Positions 42,164 to 54,523 of a stretch of 64,000 bases of DNA are shown in pieces. Source of the stretch: Prorocentrum cordatum (Eukaryota); the NCBI GenBank assembly GCA_963575745.1, contig CAUYUJ010000226.1, positions 558,001-622,000 on the forward strand, in the 5' to 3' direction. The notes beneath the pieces were generated by a model. The model did no database searches. It had not been told where the DNA came from and saw nothing but the letters and a program-made list of their open reading frames with translations. Every line of letters starts with the position of its first letter. Positions within the stretch are counted from its first letter, which is position 1. Made by a program: the position numbers and the translations under genes.

Positions 42164-43033
42164 TACTATTACATGTCTGCGCAACATGCTCGCATCCGAC
42201 GTGCGCCTCCATGGCGGGCGCACAGTGCTAGCCTCCGAGGAGGGTGCACAGCACCAGTGTGTCCCGAGGGCCGACTCGAGGGCGCACAGCACCAGCCTCC
42301 AAGGGGGGCGCACAGCACCAGCACGTCCCGAGGGCCGCCACGAGGGCGCGAAGTGCTTCCGCGCCTCGCGGCCTGCTCCCCTCCTCGATCCTCCTCCTCC
42401 TTCTGGTTCCTGGATCCCGGTGGCTGGAGAGGACGTCGTTCTTGGCCTCCCCCTTTCTCGTTCTCCTCCTCCTCCTCCTCCCTCCTCCTCCTCCTCCTCC
42501 TCCTCCATCCTCCTCCTCCTCCTCCTCCTCCTCCTCCTCCTCCTCCTCCTCCTCCTCCTCCATCCTCCTCCTCCTCCTCCTCCTTCCTCCTCCTCCTCCT
42601 CCTCCTCCTCCTTCTCCTTCTCCTCCTATTCGCCCCCCGGGGAAGGCGTCGGCACGAGAGCGCGAGGGGGTTTGTTGCTCGCGCAGCGCGCAGCGCGAGC
42701 ATGGCCGCCCTTCGTGTCGCAGCCTGCGCCCCTTGTGAGCTTCACGCCCCGCATGCGCACGGGCCCCCCCCCGCCCGCGGCGGAGCGCGCGCGTCTGCGC
42801 CGAGCCGCGGGCGGGAGGGCGCGTGGCAGCCACCACGGGTGCTGCAGCACGCCCCCTCGCCAGCGGCAGCGCTGATCGGCGGCAGCCCGACCCCAAGAGG
42901 GACGGACAGGGACCGACCACGACGACGGCGACGACGGCGACGATGACGACGCCGACGACGGCGACGCCGACGACGGCGACGCCGACGACGACGACGAGGG
43001 CGACGACGAGGACGACGACGACGACGCCGACGC

Positions 43034-43073
<40 letters not shown>

Positions 43074-43254
43074 TGCCGACGACGACGACGACGACGGCCC
43101 CCCTACCCGCTGCCCGTCCCTCCTCCCCAGGCACGCTCGCGGCGTAGGAAACAACAACCACGGCGGGAGGCTTTGTTTTGGGGCCATGGTAGGTCTCGAG
43201 CGGCCCTCGTCGGTCCCTGGGGACCGTTCGTTAAAACGATTCAGGATGTGAGTC

Positions 43255-43460
43255 GAGCGGTGGCGAAGCGTCCTGACTTGCCTGCATGCCCACCAAAGAA
43301 TGTTCCAAGAACCTGGTCTGCACGAGAGGTTCTTAGACCATTCTGGTCTAGGCTGCTCTGCTTGAACACATGGGCTTATGCTCTGAGAACAGAGTTGTTG
43401 CTCTTAAGAATATTTCGTGGTAGGCCTGTTGGAATGCCGGGACGAATGATCCCTGTTCAA
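43255..43460 (+). repeat. Dispersed repeat family E (GTGGCGAAGCGTCCTG...GGTAGGCCT..GGAATGCCGGG)
   Basis: Related copies at ~35925..36155, ~38136..38372 (reverse) and ~63597..63970. Confidence 0.7.
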
Positions 43461-43954
43461 ATGAAAAGCGGGTCCGGAAGAGAGGGTCGAGATCTTTCGG
43501 GACCGCGCATCGAACAACCTTACCTGCGTCTCCCGCCACCTCCTGTTCCTGCCCGCCTCCCCCCCCATCCTTCCCTTCGCCTCGCCCGTGCCCCGCCCCC
43601 CCATATCCGCCCATTCCGCCTGACGTTCCTTATTCTCCTTTTCGTCCTCCCCCCGTGATCGCCGCCGCCGCCGCCACCGCCGCCGATGACGCCGTTGCCC
43701 TCGACGCGGTCCTCAACGTCGCCGTCGTTGACGTCCTCCACGCCCTCAGCGTCGTCGTCGTCGTCGTCGTCAAGCCAACGCATTCTTCGGCCAGCGACCC
43801 CCTCTCGCAGGTACTGTGAGCATCCCAGTGGTTTCTTTTTGCTTGTTTTTCCTTTTCCTGCGCTGCTTAAGGAAGGCACAGCGTTGGTAAAAAAACTGAG
43901 GCAGTAACGATCTTGACACAGCTCCTGGAGTTGTTGAGTTGAGTCGTCGTCAGC

Positions 43955-44137
43955 CAGTATCGCCTAACCGGTCCCAGTTCCCACTGGGAGTGGCATCTCA
44001 GCCCCATCATCCCTCCCCCCTGTTGGGGATAGGTCCCGTGCGACACGAAGGGAACAGCATGTATTCCACCTAGGGTTAGATCACCCAGTGGGGCCAAGGC
44101 CACGCTGGTGGGGATGGGGATCGGTTAAGCGATGCTC
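43955..44137. mobile_element. MITE family D
   Basis: Terminal inverted repeat AGTATCGCCTAACCGGTCCCA / TGGGGATCGGTTAAGCGATGCT. The 3' half is shared with 63612..63802. Confidence 0.65.
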
Positions 44138-44620
44138 AGTCAACGTCGTCAACGGTCTTATCTCCCCCGCGCCGCCGCCGCCCATTCCCCAGGAAGGGGC
44201 GGAAGGGGGGGAGAGGAGGGGGAGGCGGAGGCGGGGGAGGAGGGGGACGAGGGGAAGTGGGAGATGGGCGTGGAGGGTGAGGATGAGGAAAAAGAGGAAT
44301 GGGGAGGGGGAGGAGGAGGAGGAGGAGGAGGAGGAGGAGGAGGAGGAGGAGGAGGAGGAGGAGGAGGAGGAGGAGGGAGGAGGAGGAGGAGGAAGAGGAG
44401 GAGGAGGAGAAGGAGGAGGACGAGGAGGAGGAGGTAGAGCAGCTGAAGCACGAGCTGCCCCCTGGGCGGGGGGGCCCTGTCGCCGAGGCCCTGCCGCCAG
44501 CTCGGAGCCGCTGGCGGCGGCGGTCGCTTCGCCGCCGTCGCCGGCGGCCGCCACGCCGGTGGCGGCCTCCTCGGAGGCCCGCGGGGGTCGGAGGTGACGG
44601 CAGGAGCGGAGCACCACTCC

Positions 44621-44839
44621 GGCCTCCTAGATGGGGTCGCAGTAGGTGCGGTCGGAGGATCGCTCCGCGTGGCCGATGCATCGGCGATGCGGCTCGATGC
44701 GGAGCCCGCTTTCCTCCACGCAGCGCCGATGCATCGCCGACGTGGGCGATGCATCGCCGATGCATCGCCGATGCATCGCCGATGTATCGGCGATGTATCG
44801 CCGATGCGGCGCGATCCTCAGACCCCCATCTGGGAGGCC
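44621..44839. mobile_element. Foldback element family C with internal (GCATCGCCGAT)n units
   Basis: Terminal inverted repeat GGCCTCCTAGATGGGG / CCCCATCTGGGAGGCC. Many partial copies elsewhere in the window. Confidence 0.8.
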
Positions 44840-45219
44840 TCTACAGACTTACGTTTACGTCGGCCAGAGCCTCGCGAATCGGAAAGGGGGAGGGTCGGCT
44901 TTTCTGTCCACTGCCAATTCATTTCAGGCCTGCTCCTCGCATGTGGCAGCGGAGCACATTTTGCTCAGGAGGCGTGCTCCGAAGGACGCGCGCCTTCATC
45001 CAGAGTGCCCTTGTGTCCTTGCCTCTGCGGCCCGTGCTTTGCCGTTTTCAGTGGTCGCCAATGGGGCGGGCATTCAACACCCCGCAGTTGCGGATAAGAG
45101 TGTGGGGGCGGCGGGGGGGTTTCTGCGAGGCTTTCAATGAGCCCGCCGCAGGCGCCTAATCTGTGCAAATCATGGCACCAGCCCGCCGCAGGGGCTGATT
45201 CTTCGTTAAGGCAATGTGG

Positions 45220-45490
45220 GTGCGTCGCGGGGTTGGTCGCGGGTGGGTCGCGGTTGGGTCGCGGTTGTTTCGCGGCTGAGTCGCGGCTGGGTCGCGGTCC
45301 GCGTCGCGGGTGGGTGGCGGGCTGGGTCGTTGGTGGGTCGCGGGTGGGTCGCGGTCGGGTCGCGGGCGGGTCGCGAGCGGGTCGCGGGTGAATCGCAGGT
45401 GGGTCGCCGGCTGTGTCGCGGGCTGTGTCGCGGCCCAGGTCGCGGGTGGGTCGCGGTTGGGTTGCGGGCCGGGTTGCGAGCCGGGTCGCG
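45220..45490 (+). repeat. Degenerate (GGGTCGCGGGT)-type tandem repeat
   Basis: GGTCGCG recurs about every 11 bp. Confidence 0.85.
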
Positions 45491-45499
45491 GGGGGGACG

Positions 45500-45753
45500 A
45501 CGACAACAAACAACAACAAGCAACAGCAACAGCAACAAGCAACAAACAACAAACACTAAACACTAAACACTAAACAACAAACATCAAACAACAAACAGCA
45601 AACAACAAACAACAAACAACAAGCAACAAACAACACACAACACACAACAAACAACAAACAACAAACAACACATAACAAATAACAAACAACAAACAACAAA
45701 CAACAAACAACAAGCAACACACAACAATCAACAATCAACAAACAACAATGACG

Positions 45754-45819
<66 letters not shown>

Positions 45820-45880
45820 CCACCACCAACAACAACAACAACAACATCATCAACAACAACAACAACATCAACAACAATGA
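45500..45880 (+). repeat. (CAAACAA)n grading into (CAA)n
   Basis: Direct reading of the sequence. Confidence 0.93.
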
Positions 45881-45939
45881 CCCGCACCGCAGAGCCTTAC
45901 TTCAGCCACGCGCCCAGGGACAGTGAATGACCGTTCGGT

Positions 45940-46545
45940 ACCCTCACTCGGATCGTATTATCTGCCCGGTGTCGTGCTGCTCCCACCCCTCCAGGGAGGC
46001 CGTCAGAGCGCGCAGGGTCTTCAACACACCCATATTCTCTCTTAGGTTTCGTCCCCTCGAACCCCTCCAAGGAGGCCCCGCCAGAGCGGGCAGGGCATTC
46101 GAATACCATACCGTTGACAAGATTTCGTGGACCAGAGCAGGCACGGCATTTCCGAACCATATTATTTACCGGGTGTTGTGCCCCTCCCCTCCCTCCAGGG
46201 AGGCCCCACCAGAGCGGGCAGGAGATTCGATTACCAGATTCTTTACGCGTTGGCCCCGCCAGAGCGCACAGTGTATGCGAATATCATACTATTTGCCAGG
46301 TTTTGTGCCCCTCCGACCCCTCCATGGGGTGCCCGCCAGAGCAGGCAGGGTTTTCGAACATCATACTATTTGCAAGGTTCTGTGCCCCCTCCGCCCCTCC
46401 ATGGAGGCCCCGCTAGATCGGGCAAAGTATTCGAATGCAATACAATTTATCTGGTGTTGTGTGTTGTGCTCCTTCCACCCCTCCAGGGTAACCCGCCACA
46501 GCCGGCAGGGTATCACAATACCATCATGTCAAAGGTTTCGTGTCT
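45940..46545 (+). repeat. Diverged ~78-bp tandem minisatellite
   Basis: CCCCTCCAGGGAGGCCCCGCCAGAGCGGGCAGGG...TCGAA..CATA recurs several times, with some units shortened. Confidence 0.8.
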
Positions 46546-47174
46546 TTCTCTCTAGTGTCGTACCCCTATACCTGAACGGCATAGGCCTTTCTTGCTCGCT
46601 GGTATTGTTGCACCTCGTTGGTTCTTCGAAGCCTTTAGTATCCTTGATGGGGGAATTTCGATAACACATGTTTTACGTTTTGGAGGTTTCGTCGTCAGGG
46701 GGGTGTTTCGGACATTTGAGGTGACGTTTTGAGGCACGGGAGGTGGGGGTTTACAGGCTTCCGCGGTGGTCGTCGCCGTCGTCGTCTCTCTTCCTGCTGC
46801 CCTCTTTTTGAGGAGGAGGGAGAGTAAGGGGAGGGAGATGGAGGAGGGTGTGAAAGACGAGGAGCGAGGCAGGGGCAGGGAGAAGGCGAAAGGAGGAGGA
46901 GGGGGAGGGGAGAAACAGGGGGGAGGGGAGAGATGTGGGCGGAGAGGATGGATGCGAGAGGGAAGGGGGTGAAGGAGGGAGGAGGGGGAGGATGGAGGAG
47001 CGGGGATCGCGGCGGGAAGAGATATAGGCGAGCGAGGAGGGAGATGGAAGGATGGGATGTGGGGTGGAAGGGCAGGAGGGAGAGTAGGAGGGTCATGAGA
47101 GGGGTCTGACAAATTATCATGGCGAAGGACCCAACCAAATGAAGTTATGGACACCGAAATTGTTAATATCTTCT

Positions 47175-48195
47175 TCGGTGAAGCTCCCTTTGGGGCCACG
47201 AAGCGCTGCACTGGGTGGGGGGTGACCGCATGTGGGCGGTCCCACTGGGGGCTTCGGTGGAGCTCCCTATGGGGCCACGAAGCGCTGTACTGGGTGGGTG
47301 AAAATGCCAAATCGTGTGTGTGTGTGTGTGACACATGCGGACGGTCCCACTGGGGCTTCGGTGGAGGCCACGAAACGCTGTACTGGGTGTGCGAAAATGC
47401 CAAATTGGGTGTGCGGGACGCACGCGGACGGTCCAATTGGGGGCTTCGGTGGAGCTCCCTATGGGGCCACGAAGCGCTGTACTGGGTGGGTGTAATTGCC
47501 GAATTGGGTGCGCGGGGCGCATGTGGGCGCTCCCACTGGGGGCTTCGGTGGAGCTCCCCATGGGGGCCACGAAACGCTGTACTGGGTGTGTGAAAATGTC
47601 AAATTGCGGGTGCGGGACGCATGCGGGCGGTCTGACTGGGGGCTTCGGTGGAGCTCCCCATGGGGCCGCGAAGCGCTGTATTGGGTGAATGAAAATGCCA
47701 AATTGGGTGTGCGGGACGCATGCGGACGGTCCCATTGGCCACGAAACGCCGCATTGGGTGTGGCGCAAGCATGTGGCCATCCCTTCTGAGGCTTCCGATG
47801 GAGCTTCCTATGGGGCCACGCAATGTTGTACTGGGTGTGGCGGACGCATGTGGCCACCCGCACTGGGGCCTTCGGTGGAGCTCTCTATGGGGCCACGAAA
47901 CGCTGTACTGGGTGTGTCGGACGCATGTGGCCACCCCCACTGGGGCCTTGGGTGGGGCTCCCTATGGGGCCACGAAGCGCTGTCTTGGGTGTGGCGAGCT
48001 CCCTCTGGGGTCACGAAACGCTGTACTGGGTGTGGCGTACGCATGTGGTACCCCCACTTGGGCCTTACGTGGAGCTCCCTATGGGGCCACGAAGCGCAGA
48101 CTCATGTGGTACCCCACTGGGTCCTTACATGGAGCTCACTATGGGGCCACGAAACGCCATACTGGGTGTGGCGGACGCATGTGGTACCCCCATTT
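47175..48195 (+). repeat. Tandem array of ~65-110-bp units with core GGTGGAGCTCCCTATGGGGCCACGAAGCGCTGTACTGGGTG
   Basis: About 13 related units. Confidence 0.92.
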
Positions 48196-50274
48196 GGGGG
48201 GGGGGGGGGCACGGGAGGAGGAGACGCGGGGACCGTTTCTCCAAAATGAGGACCCAGCACCACAGGATGGTTGGAACAAACAGGGTTGGCGGAGGGGGGT
48301 TTCTTGCCGGTCTCCACGGCGTCCGCGAACGTGGGTTTCAGTAGTTTCAGGTCTATCTCCAGAGGTCTTGCACCTTGCATCCTTGCCCCTTCGGCCCATT
48401 CCTGGCAACGTTTGCTGGCCAGCCCGGCTCGAAAAACGTCAGCATGGCTTTCCAAGACTCCTGCATCCGTATTACAGTCGGACCAAAGTGTAAGATCGAG
48501 ATCGGTTCGGGGAGGGTACCCTAATGTTCTTCGTGTTTGTTGGATGTTCTTGTGCATCCTGGTGGAGAGTACCCTCGAATATTCTTCAGTTTGGCCAGCG
48601 GAGGGTCTCATGTTCTTGAAGGATGTTCTTCTGTCATAGGTCCGGCCGTATTGCCACGTGTGTGTTTGTATGCGGCCTCCCCCTCTCGCCCTCCTCGTTT
48701 CTCCATCCGTTCTCTCCTCTTGTGCTCGGGATTCCTCTTCCTCTTCATTCCTCCACTTCGTCCCGCTGCAGGTCCCGTCACGCGTGTCTCGCACTGTCCC
48801 CTGTATTCGACATGGTGGAAGCGGGCCTTGAGGGAAACGGGTCCTAAGGTTTTCCACCGTTTTTGGCTTACCGAGGCCCTCCACGGGCCCCAGGACTGTT
48901 CAGAAGACGACTCAGGATGAAGAGCTGGTCCCGAGGGAAGGCCCCAGGGTCCAGGACCCGTTTCTTTCAAGACCCGTTGCCGCTTTGCTAATGTATACCT
49001 CCTCCTCATAGTCCCAGATGGTTGTTCCATCCTCCTCCCCTTCGTCTCCATGTGTCTAGCACTGCATGCTTTCCAGAAAAGCCAGATTCCAAACGCCACT
49101 TCCTCACCCACCTGGCCTTCGTTCGTAGCGGTGGTCGTTCGTTCATCTTTTGGGGGCCCGAGTCGTCCTTTTCTGCGTTCCCGCCGCCCTCCCCTCGCGC
49201 GCGCAGCCTGAGTTCTCACGGGGCGCCACCTCTCTCTTGACAGCCCCCGCGCCGCAGGCGGCGGTCGTGGAGTTGCCTGCAAGAGATCCCGAGGCGCCAG
49301 CCGCGTGAGGGGGCCTGCGTGGCGAAGGAGGAGGAGACAGGGGCAGGGGCGACGCGGGGCGCGCGGCCTCGGCGGCCGCCCCGGGCCCTCGGGAGGGGAG
49401 CTCGTGCAGTCGGGCTGCTGGGAATGAGCGGGGGCTCGAGGCCGGAGGAGCACGAGGTCCGAGGATCGAGGATCGCGAGGGGCGAGGATCGAGGACCACG
49501 AGGGATCGAGGATCCGAGGATGGCGGGTTCGAGGTCCGAGGACCTGCAGCCAGCCCGCATCGCACGGATGCGCGGCAAGGATGCAAAGGCCTTGGCAGGC
49601 CATGTCGGCATTGTGCGAGCGGGGCGCGGCCAGCGAAGGTCGCTGAGGATGGGCCGACGGGGGCGAGGATGCAAGGGTACCCTTGGGAAGGGCGCCCATC
49701 CTTGTCATGCGGGTTGGCTGCAAGGAGCGCTGAACATCAAGAACGAGGCCCCTTCCTGGCACCAGACGTGCCTGGGTGCACGAGGAGGGCCAGGGGAACA
49801 ACCGCGGAATGCCTGAAAGGAAACAGCGAGCCCCTTTCGCTCCCAAGCGGCTCCTGAATCCAGCGTCGTGCTTGCAGAGTCTCGGTTCCCTGGCGCGGAG
49901 ATCCCGAGCGGGGTCCGATCGAAGCGGCCGCGCTGCGGCCCCCTCCCCCCTCCACTCCTCCTCAGACGTGCACGGCTCCCCTTTTCTGATTGCGCATGCC
50001 GCGATGCTTGGCATCGCTCGGTCGTGTGCATTTTTCCTTCGGCGAGGACGATCGAGGAGCATCCTTGATCATCTGGCAACAAAAACCACGCACGAAACCG
50101 AACAAAAACACAGGGAACGGACGTCCGAGCGATGCCCAGCGATGGTGCGTACGCTGGGGGGGCCCAGGTCCGCCACGCCACCCTGTGGCGGACACCGGAC
50201 AGAGCAAAGCGCAGTGGGAGAGGGTGCGCGGAAGGGCAGGAGGTCCGACACGGCGCGAGCGCGCCCAGCTTGAC

Positions 50275-50645
50275 CTCCTCCTCCTCCCTCCTCCTCCTCC
50301 TCCCTCCTCCTCCTCCTCCTCCTCCTCCTCCTCCTCCTCCTCCTCCTCCTCCTCCTCCTCCTCCTCCTCCCCCTCCTCCTCCCTCCTCCTCCTCCTCCTC
50401 CTCCTCCTCCTCCTCCTCCTTCTCCTCCTCCTCCTCCCTCCTCCTTTCTCCTTCTTCCCTCCTCATCCTCCTCCCTCCTTCCTCCTTCCTCCTCCTCCCT
50501 TCTCCTTCCCTTCCTCCCCTCCTCCTCCTCCTCCCTCCTTCCTCCTTCCTCCTCCTCCTCCTCGCCTCCTTCCTCCCTCCTCCTCCTTCCTCCTCCTCCT
50601 CCTCCTCCTCCCTCCTCCTTGTTCCTCCTTCCTCCCTCCTCCCTC
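50275..50645 (+). repeat. (TCC)n microsatellite
   Basis: Direct reading of the sequence. Confidence 0.95.
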
Positions 50646-51104
50646 TCCCGTGCCGGCGCGGGCGGCGGCCCTCTGGCGCCGGGCCCGCCCGCGCTGCCCC
50701 CGAGGGCGCCTGCCTCGGCGGGCCCAGCGCGAGCGGCAGGGGCCGCGGGCACGCGGCGCGCTGGCCCCCCCCCCGCTGTGCAGGGCCTCCCGGGTGGGGC
50801 CGGAGCCAAGACTCCTCCTCCTTTTTCCTCCTCCTCCTCCTCCTCCTCCTCCTCCTCCTCCTCCTCGTCGTCCTCCTCCTCCTCCTCCTTTTTCCTCCTC
50901 CTCCTCCTCCTTGCTCTTCGTCGTCTTTTTGCCTCTCCTCTCTTCCTCCCCTTCGCGCCGCCCCTTGGGTGAGAATCTGGGAACGACACCGTCCAAGCCT
51001 TCTGGGAGGGCCTCGATTTCGTGACGGTAGGCATGGGCTGCAGAAGCGAGGGCCGCTAAGATACTCTTGGAAAATTCTGACGCGCATCCTGAGCCAAGCC
51101 TCTC

Positions 51105-51239
51105 TCGGGGGTGGACAGAACCCCCAACAGTGGCACGTCGATTAGTGAATTGTCCGTTTTCGGTTTTTCCAGGCTTGCGCCCGCCAGGTTTGGGCCTCAG
51201 GTCGTTTTCACTGAACCACGTTTTGCTATCCATCCCCGA
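51105..51239 (+). mobile_element. MITE family G, internally deleted
   Basis: Near-identical to the ends of 52261..52426. Confidence 0.75.
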
Positions 51240-52260
51240 AAGACGGGGCGGGAGGATCGCGCCGCAGCGCCGATGCGTCGCCGATGCGGTTCGATGCGGA
51301 GTCCGATTTCTCTTACCCTCTCGTCGCCGATGCACCGCCAACGTCGCCGATGCATTGCTGGTGCATCGCCGATGCATCGCCGATGCATCGCCGGTGCATC
51401 GCCGATGCATCGCCGATGCATCGCCGATGCATCGCCGAAGCGGCGCGATCCCCCGACCATCGTGTCCGAGCCCATCTAGGAGGCCTCTAAGGCGAAAGGT
51501 TGCAGGGCTGGTCCCGTAGACGCGCCAGCGGCGATGTAGGTTTCGGCGCTGTAGGTTTCGGCGCTGTAGGCGGGAGTGCCTCGTGGCCAAACCGATTGCA
51601 GGACATCGTAGTTCGTGCAATTCCTGCAATTCGCTGCGTCGCTGTCGCTCGAGACGTTCGCACATTTGAGATGTAGGGAAGTGTGGTTCGTGATTTCCTA
51701 GCATTTGTTCTGCGCGAGCTCGGCGTCACAAGAGTCGGACTCCCAACATCGCCGTTAAAACCAACATCGCCGTTAGCGCGGCCTTGGTGGTCGTCTGCGG
51801 GAAACGCTGGCAGGCGGAGCTGGCGCAGAGGATGTGCTGCTGCGCCCGGTGCGCGTGGTCGCGCCAGTCGCTCGCGGGCGAGCGTTCGCAGCGTGCCCCG
51901 GTCGGCGGGCGGTCAGCTCGTGCCCGAGAGCGCGCGGCTCGGCCCGGGCGCGGAGGCATGGACCGCGTTGGGGGCTCGGCGGGGGCTCGCGGCTCCGCGG
52001 GTACTGCCATGCCTGTTTTTTCTGGCCCTCCTCGCGCCGCCAGGCGCTTCCCGTGCCAGGGAGGGGCCGCGCTCTTGATGCTCAGCGCTCCTCACAGCCA
52101 ACCCGCCCAGTGAGGCTGGGCGACCTCGCTTCCTGGCAGCCCTTCCTTGCAGCCGTTCCTCACAGCCAGACCGGCAGCCAACCCTGCCAGAGAGGGGCTT
52201 TGTTCCTCGTTCCGTGCTCCTTGCTTCGGCGGGCGGACTGTGCAGTCGAGCTTGATGATC

Positions 52261-52426
52261 GGGGGTGGACAGAACCCCCAACAGTGACACGTCGATTAGT
52301 GAATTGTCCGTTTTCGGTTTTCGAGAGGGCGCCGTTGCCGTTATTTTCCAGGCTTGCACCCGCCAGGTTTGGGCCTCAGGTCGTTTTCATCAAACCACGT
52401 TTTACTAAAGGGGGTTTTGTCCCCCC
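52261..52426 (+). mobile_element. MITE family G
   Basis: Terminal inverted repeat GGGGGTGGACAGAACCCC / GGGGTTTTGTCCCCCC. Confidence 0.75.
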
Positions 52427-52579
52427 TGCCAAGTCGAGGGCACCCTCGTGCCCCGTGTGCTCGCGGCCCACGCCTCCCGCTCTCCTGCGGCAGCGTGGCC
52501 CTCGGCAGGGCCTCGTGTCTTCTCGCGTGCACTCTCCAGGCAACCCCGCCCGTTGATGTTGTTGTACTTTTGCGATACC

Positions 52580-52619
52580 TTCGACGACGACGGCGACGGC
52601 GACGGCAATATCAATGGCA

Positions 52620-52650
<31 letters not shown>

Positions 52651-52657
52651 CGATAAC

Positions 52658-52688
<31 letters not shown>

Positions 52689-52732
52689 GCGGCGGCGACG
52701 GCGACGGCGACGGCGGTGGCGCCGGCGACGGG

Positions 52733-52766
<34 letters not shown>

Positions 52767-53410
52767 GCGACGGCGACGGCGACGGCGACGAAGCGCACAG
52801 GGGGGCTAACCTCCCTTGAGATGCGAGAGGGGGCAGGGCGCGGGGGTCCCCCGCTTTGACGCCAGCGCAGGCGACATCGTGCAGCAACGACGACGACGAC
52901 GACGATGACATTGACGACATTGACGGCGGCGACGGCGACGGCGACGGGGACCAGCGACGGCGACGGCGACGGCGACTGCGACGGCGACGGCCGCGGCGAC
53001 GGCGACGGCGAGATTGCGACGGCGACGGCGGCGGTGGCTTTGGCGACGGCGACGGCGACGACGACGCGCACGGAGCCCTCCTGACTGGCCGTCGGGGGCT
53101 GTCGGACTGGGGGGGGGCCCCCCGCAATCGAAGACGGTGAGCGGCAGCGACGACGACGGCGACGGCGACGACGTCGACGACATCGACTTCGATTTCGACG
53201 ACGACGACGACGACGACGACACGACGACGACGATGACGACACGGCGACCACGACGACGACGCCTTCGACTTCGACTTCGGCGACGATAACGATAGCGACG
53301 ACGACGACGACGTCGAGGCGACGGCCACGTCGACGGCAACGGCGTTCGGCAACGGCGACGGCGAGGGCGGCCACGTCGACGGCAATGGCGTTCGGCGACG
53401 ACGTCGACGC
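52580..53410 (+). repeat. (GAC)n/(GACGGC)n tracts interrupted by short GC-rich inserts
   Basis: Direct reading of the sequence. Confidence 0.88.
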
Positions 53411-53829
53411 GCGCACGGGGGTGGGGAAGCGGGTTCGAACTCCGCCCCCCCTGAAAAGTCCGGAGGGCCCCCCCGAACCCCCCATTTGGACACGAGTAGG
53501 GGGCCCTCGGGTCTGAACCCCCCTGGACAGGGGAGGGGATCTTCCCCGGTTCGAACCTCCCCTGAGCCCCAGTTAAGGAGGCCAGTGTCCAGGGTGGAGG
53601 GGGCGCTCCCCGTCTCTCCAGGGGCGCCCACTGTTTTCGGAGGGGGTGGGGGCGGTTCCAACGTGTCAAGTTGCTTTTCAACCTGGCAAGCATCCACGAC
53701 GCGCGTTCTTCCCTACATCTGGAGCGCGTGCGCGCCCCGGCGCGGCTGGGGCGCCAATCCAGGGGGGGCACCGTGGCCGCCACAGTGCAGTTGGACGGCG
53801 AGACGAGGAGGGAGAGGAGGACCAGTGTA

Positions 53830-54365
53830 AACTCAAGAATGGTCCACGATGTTGCATCAAAACCCTCTTTCCAACATTTTTCTTCATCGGTCCCATACAA
53901 GACTTCGTTTTCACTGGGGGACGTGGCGACGTTGGAAGACAACCGTCTGGTAATCCTGAACCATGCGCCACCATTCCTGGGACTTCAGCGCCGCGAAGGA
54001 ACATCACTGTTGCGCCCTGACAATCCTCAAGCGTGCCAGAGCACCATTCCAGGGGGGAATTCGACAATGCGAATCAACGAACATGGTGCGCTCTGACAGA
54101 CATAGATCGGCAAAAACACCATTTCTGGGACGTTAGCCATACGAATAACCGAAAACGTTGTAAACTCTTGTGAAGAATGCGCGCGGCGCTGAGACGAGAA
54201 CCGTATTTTGAAATGGTACCGGCCTCCATCCGCGAATGTCCTAATTTGGTGGGCGAATTCGCGCGGCGCGAATGCGAAAGTCACATTCTGAGAAAGATCC
54301 GCATTCCATCCGTGAAGCGATGGTTAAGTATTCAAGACAAGCGTCGTCCCGCTACTTCTTACTTT
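53830..54365 (-). pseudogene. Decayed 3' fragment of a non-LTR (RTE-like) reverse transcriptase
   Basis: Manual minus-strand translation across stops and frameshifts gives LEYL..ECGSFSECDFRIRAAR, then WNGALARL and LKSQEWWRMVQ..RRH. These resemble the YLG..E..RI..A and WAGH.AR motifs of LINE thumb and C-terminal regions. Lower GC than the flanks. Confidence 0.5.
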
Positions 54366-54491
54366 TAAAACTGGGATGGAAGAGGAAGAGGACGAGGAGG
54401 AATACGAGAAACATGATGGCAACCGATCAGACCAGGGGTGCATAAAGCAAATCGGGGGGAGGCTCTGGGGGGAAAGGAGGGCGAAACGACG

Positions 54492-54523
<32 letters not shown>

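Noticed and set aside
47175..48195. CRISPR array or repeat protein (GGAPYGATKRC translations)
   Set aside because: Units are homologous throughout, vary in length and shift frame. This is a non-coding satellite.
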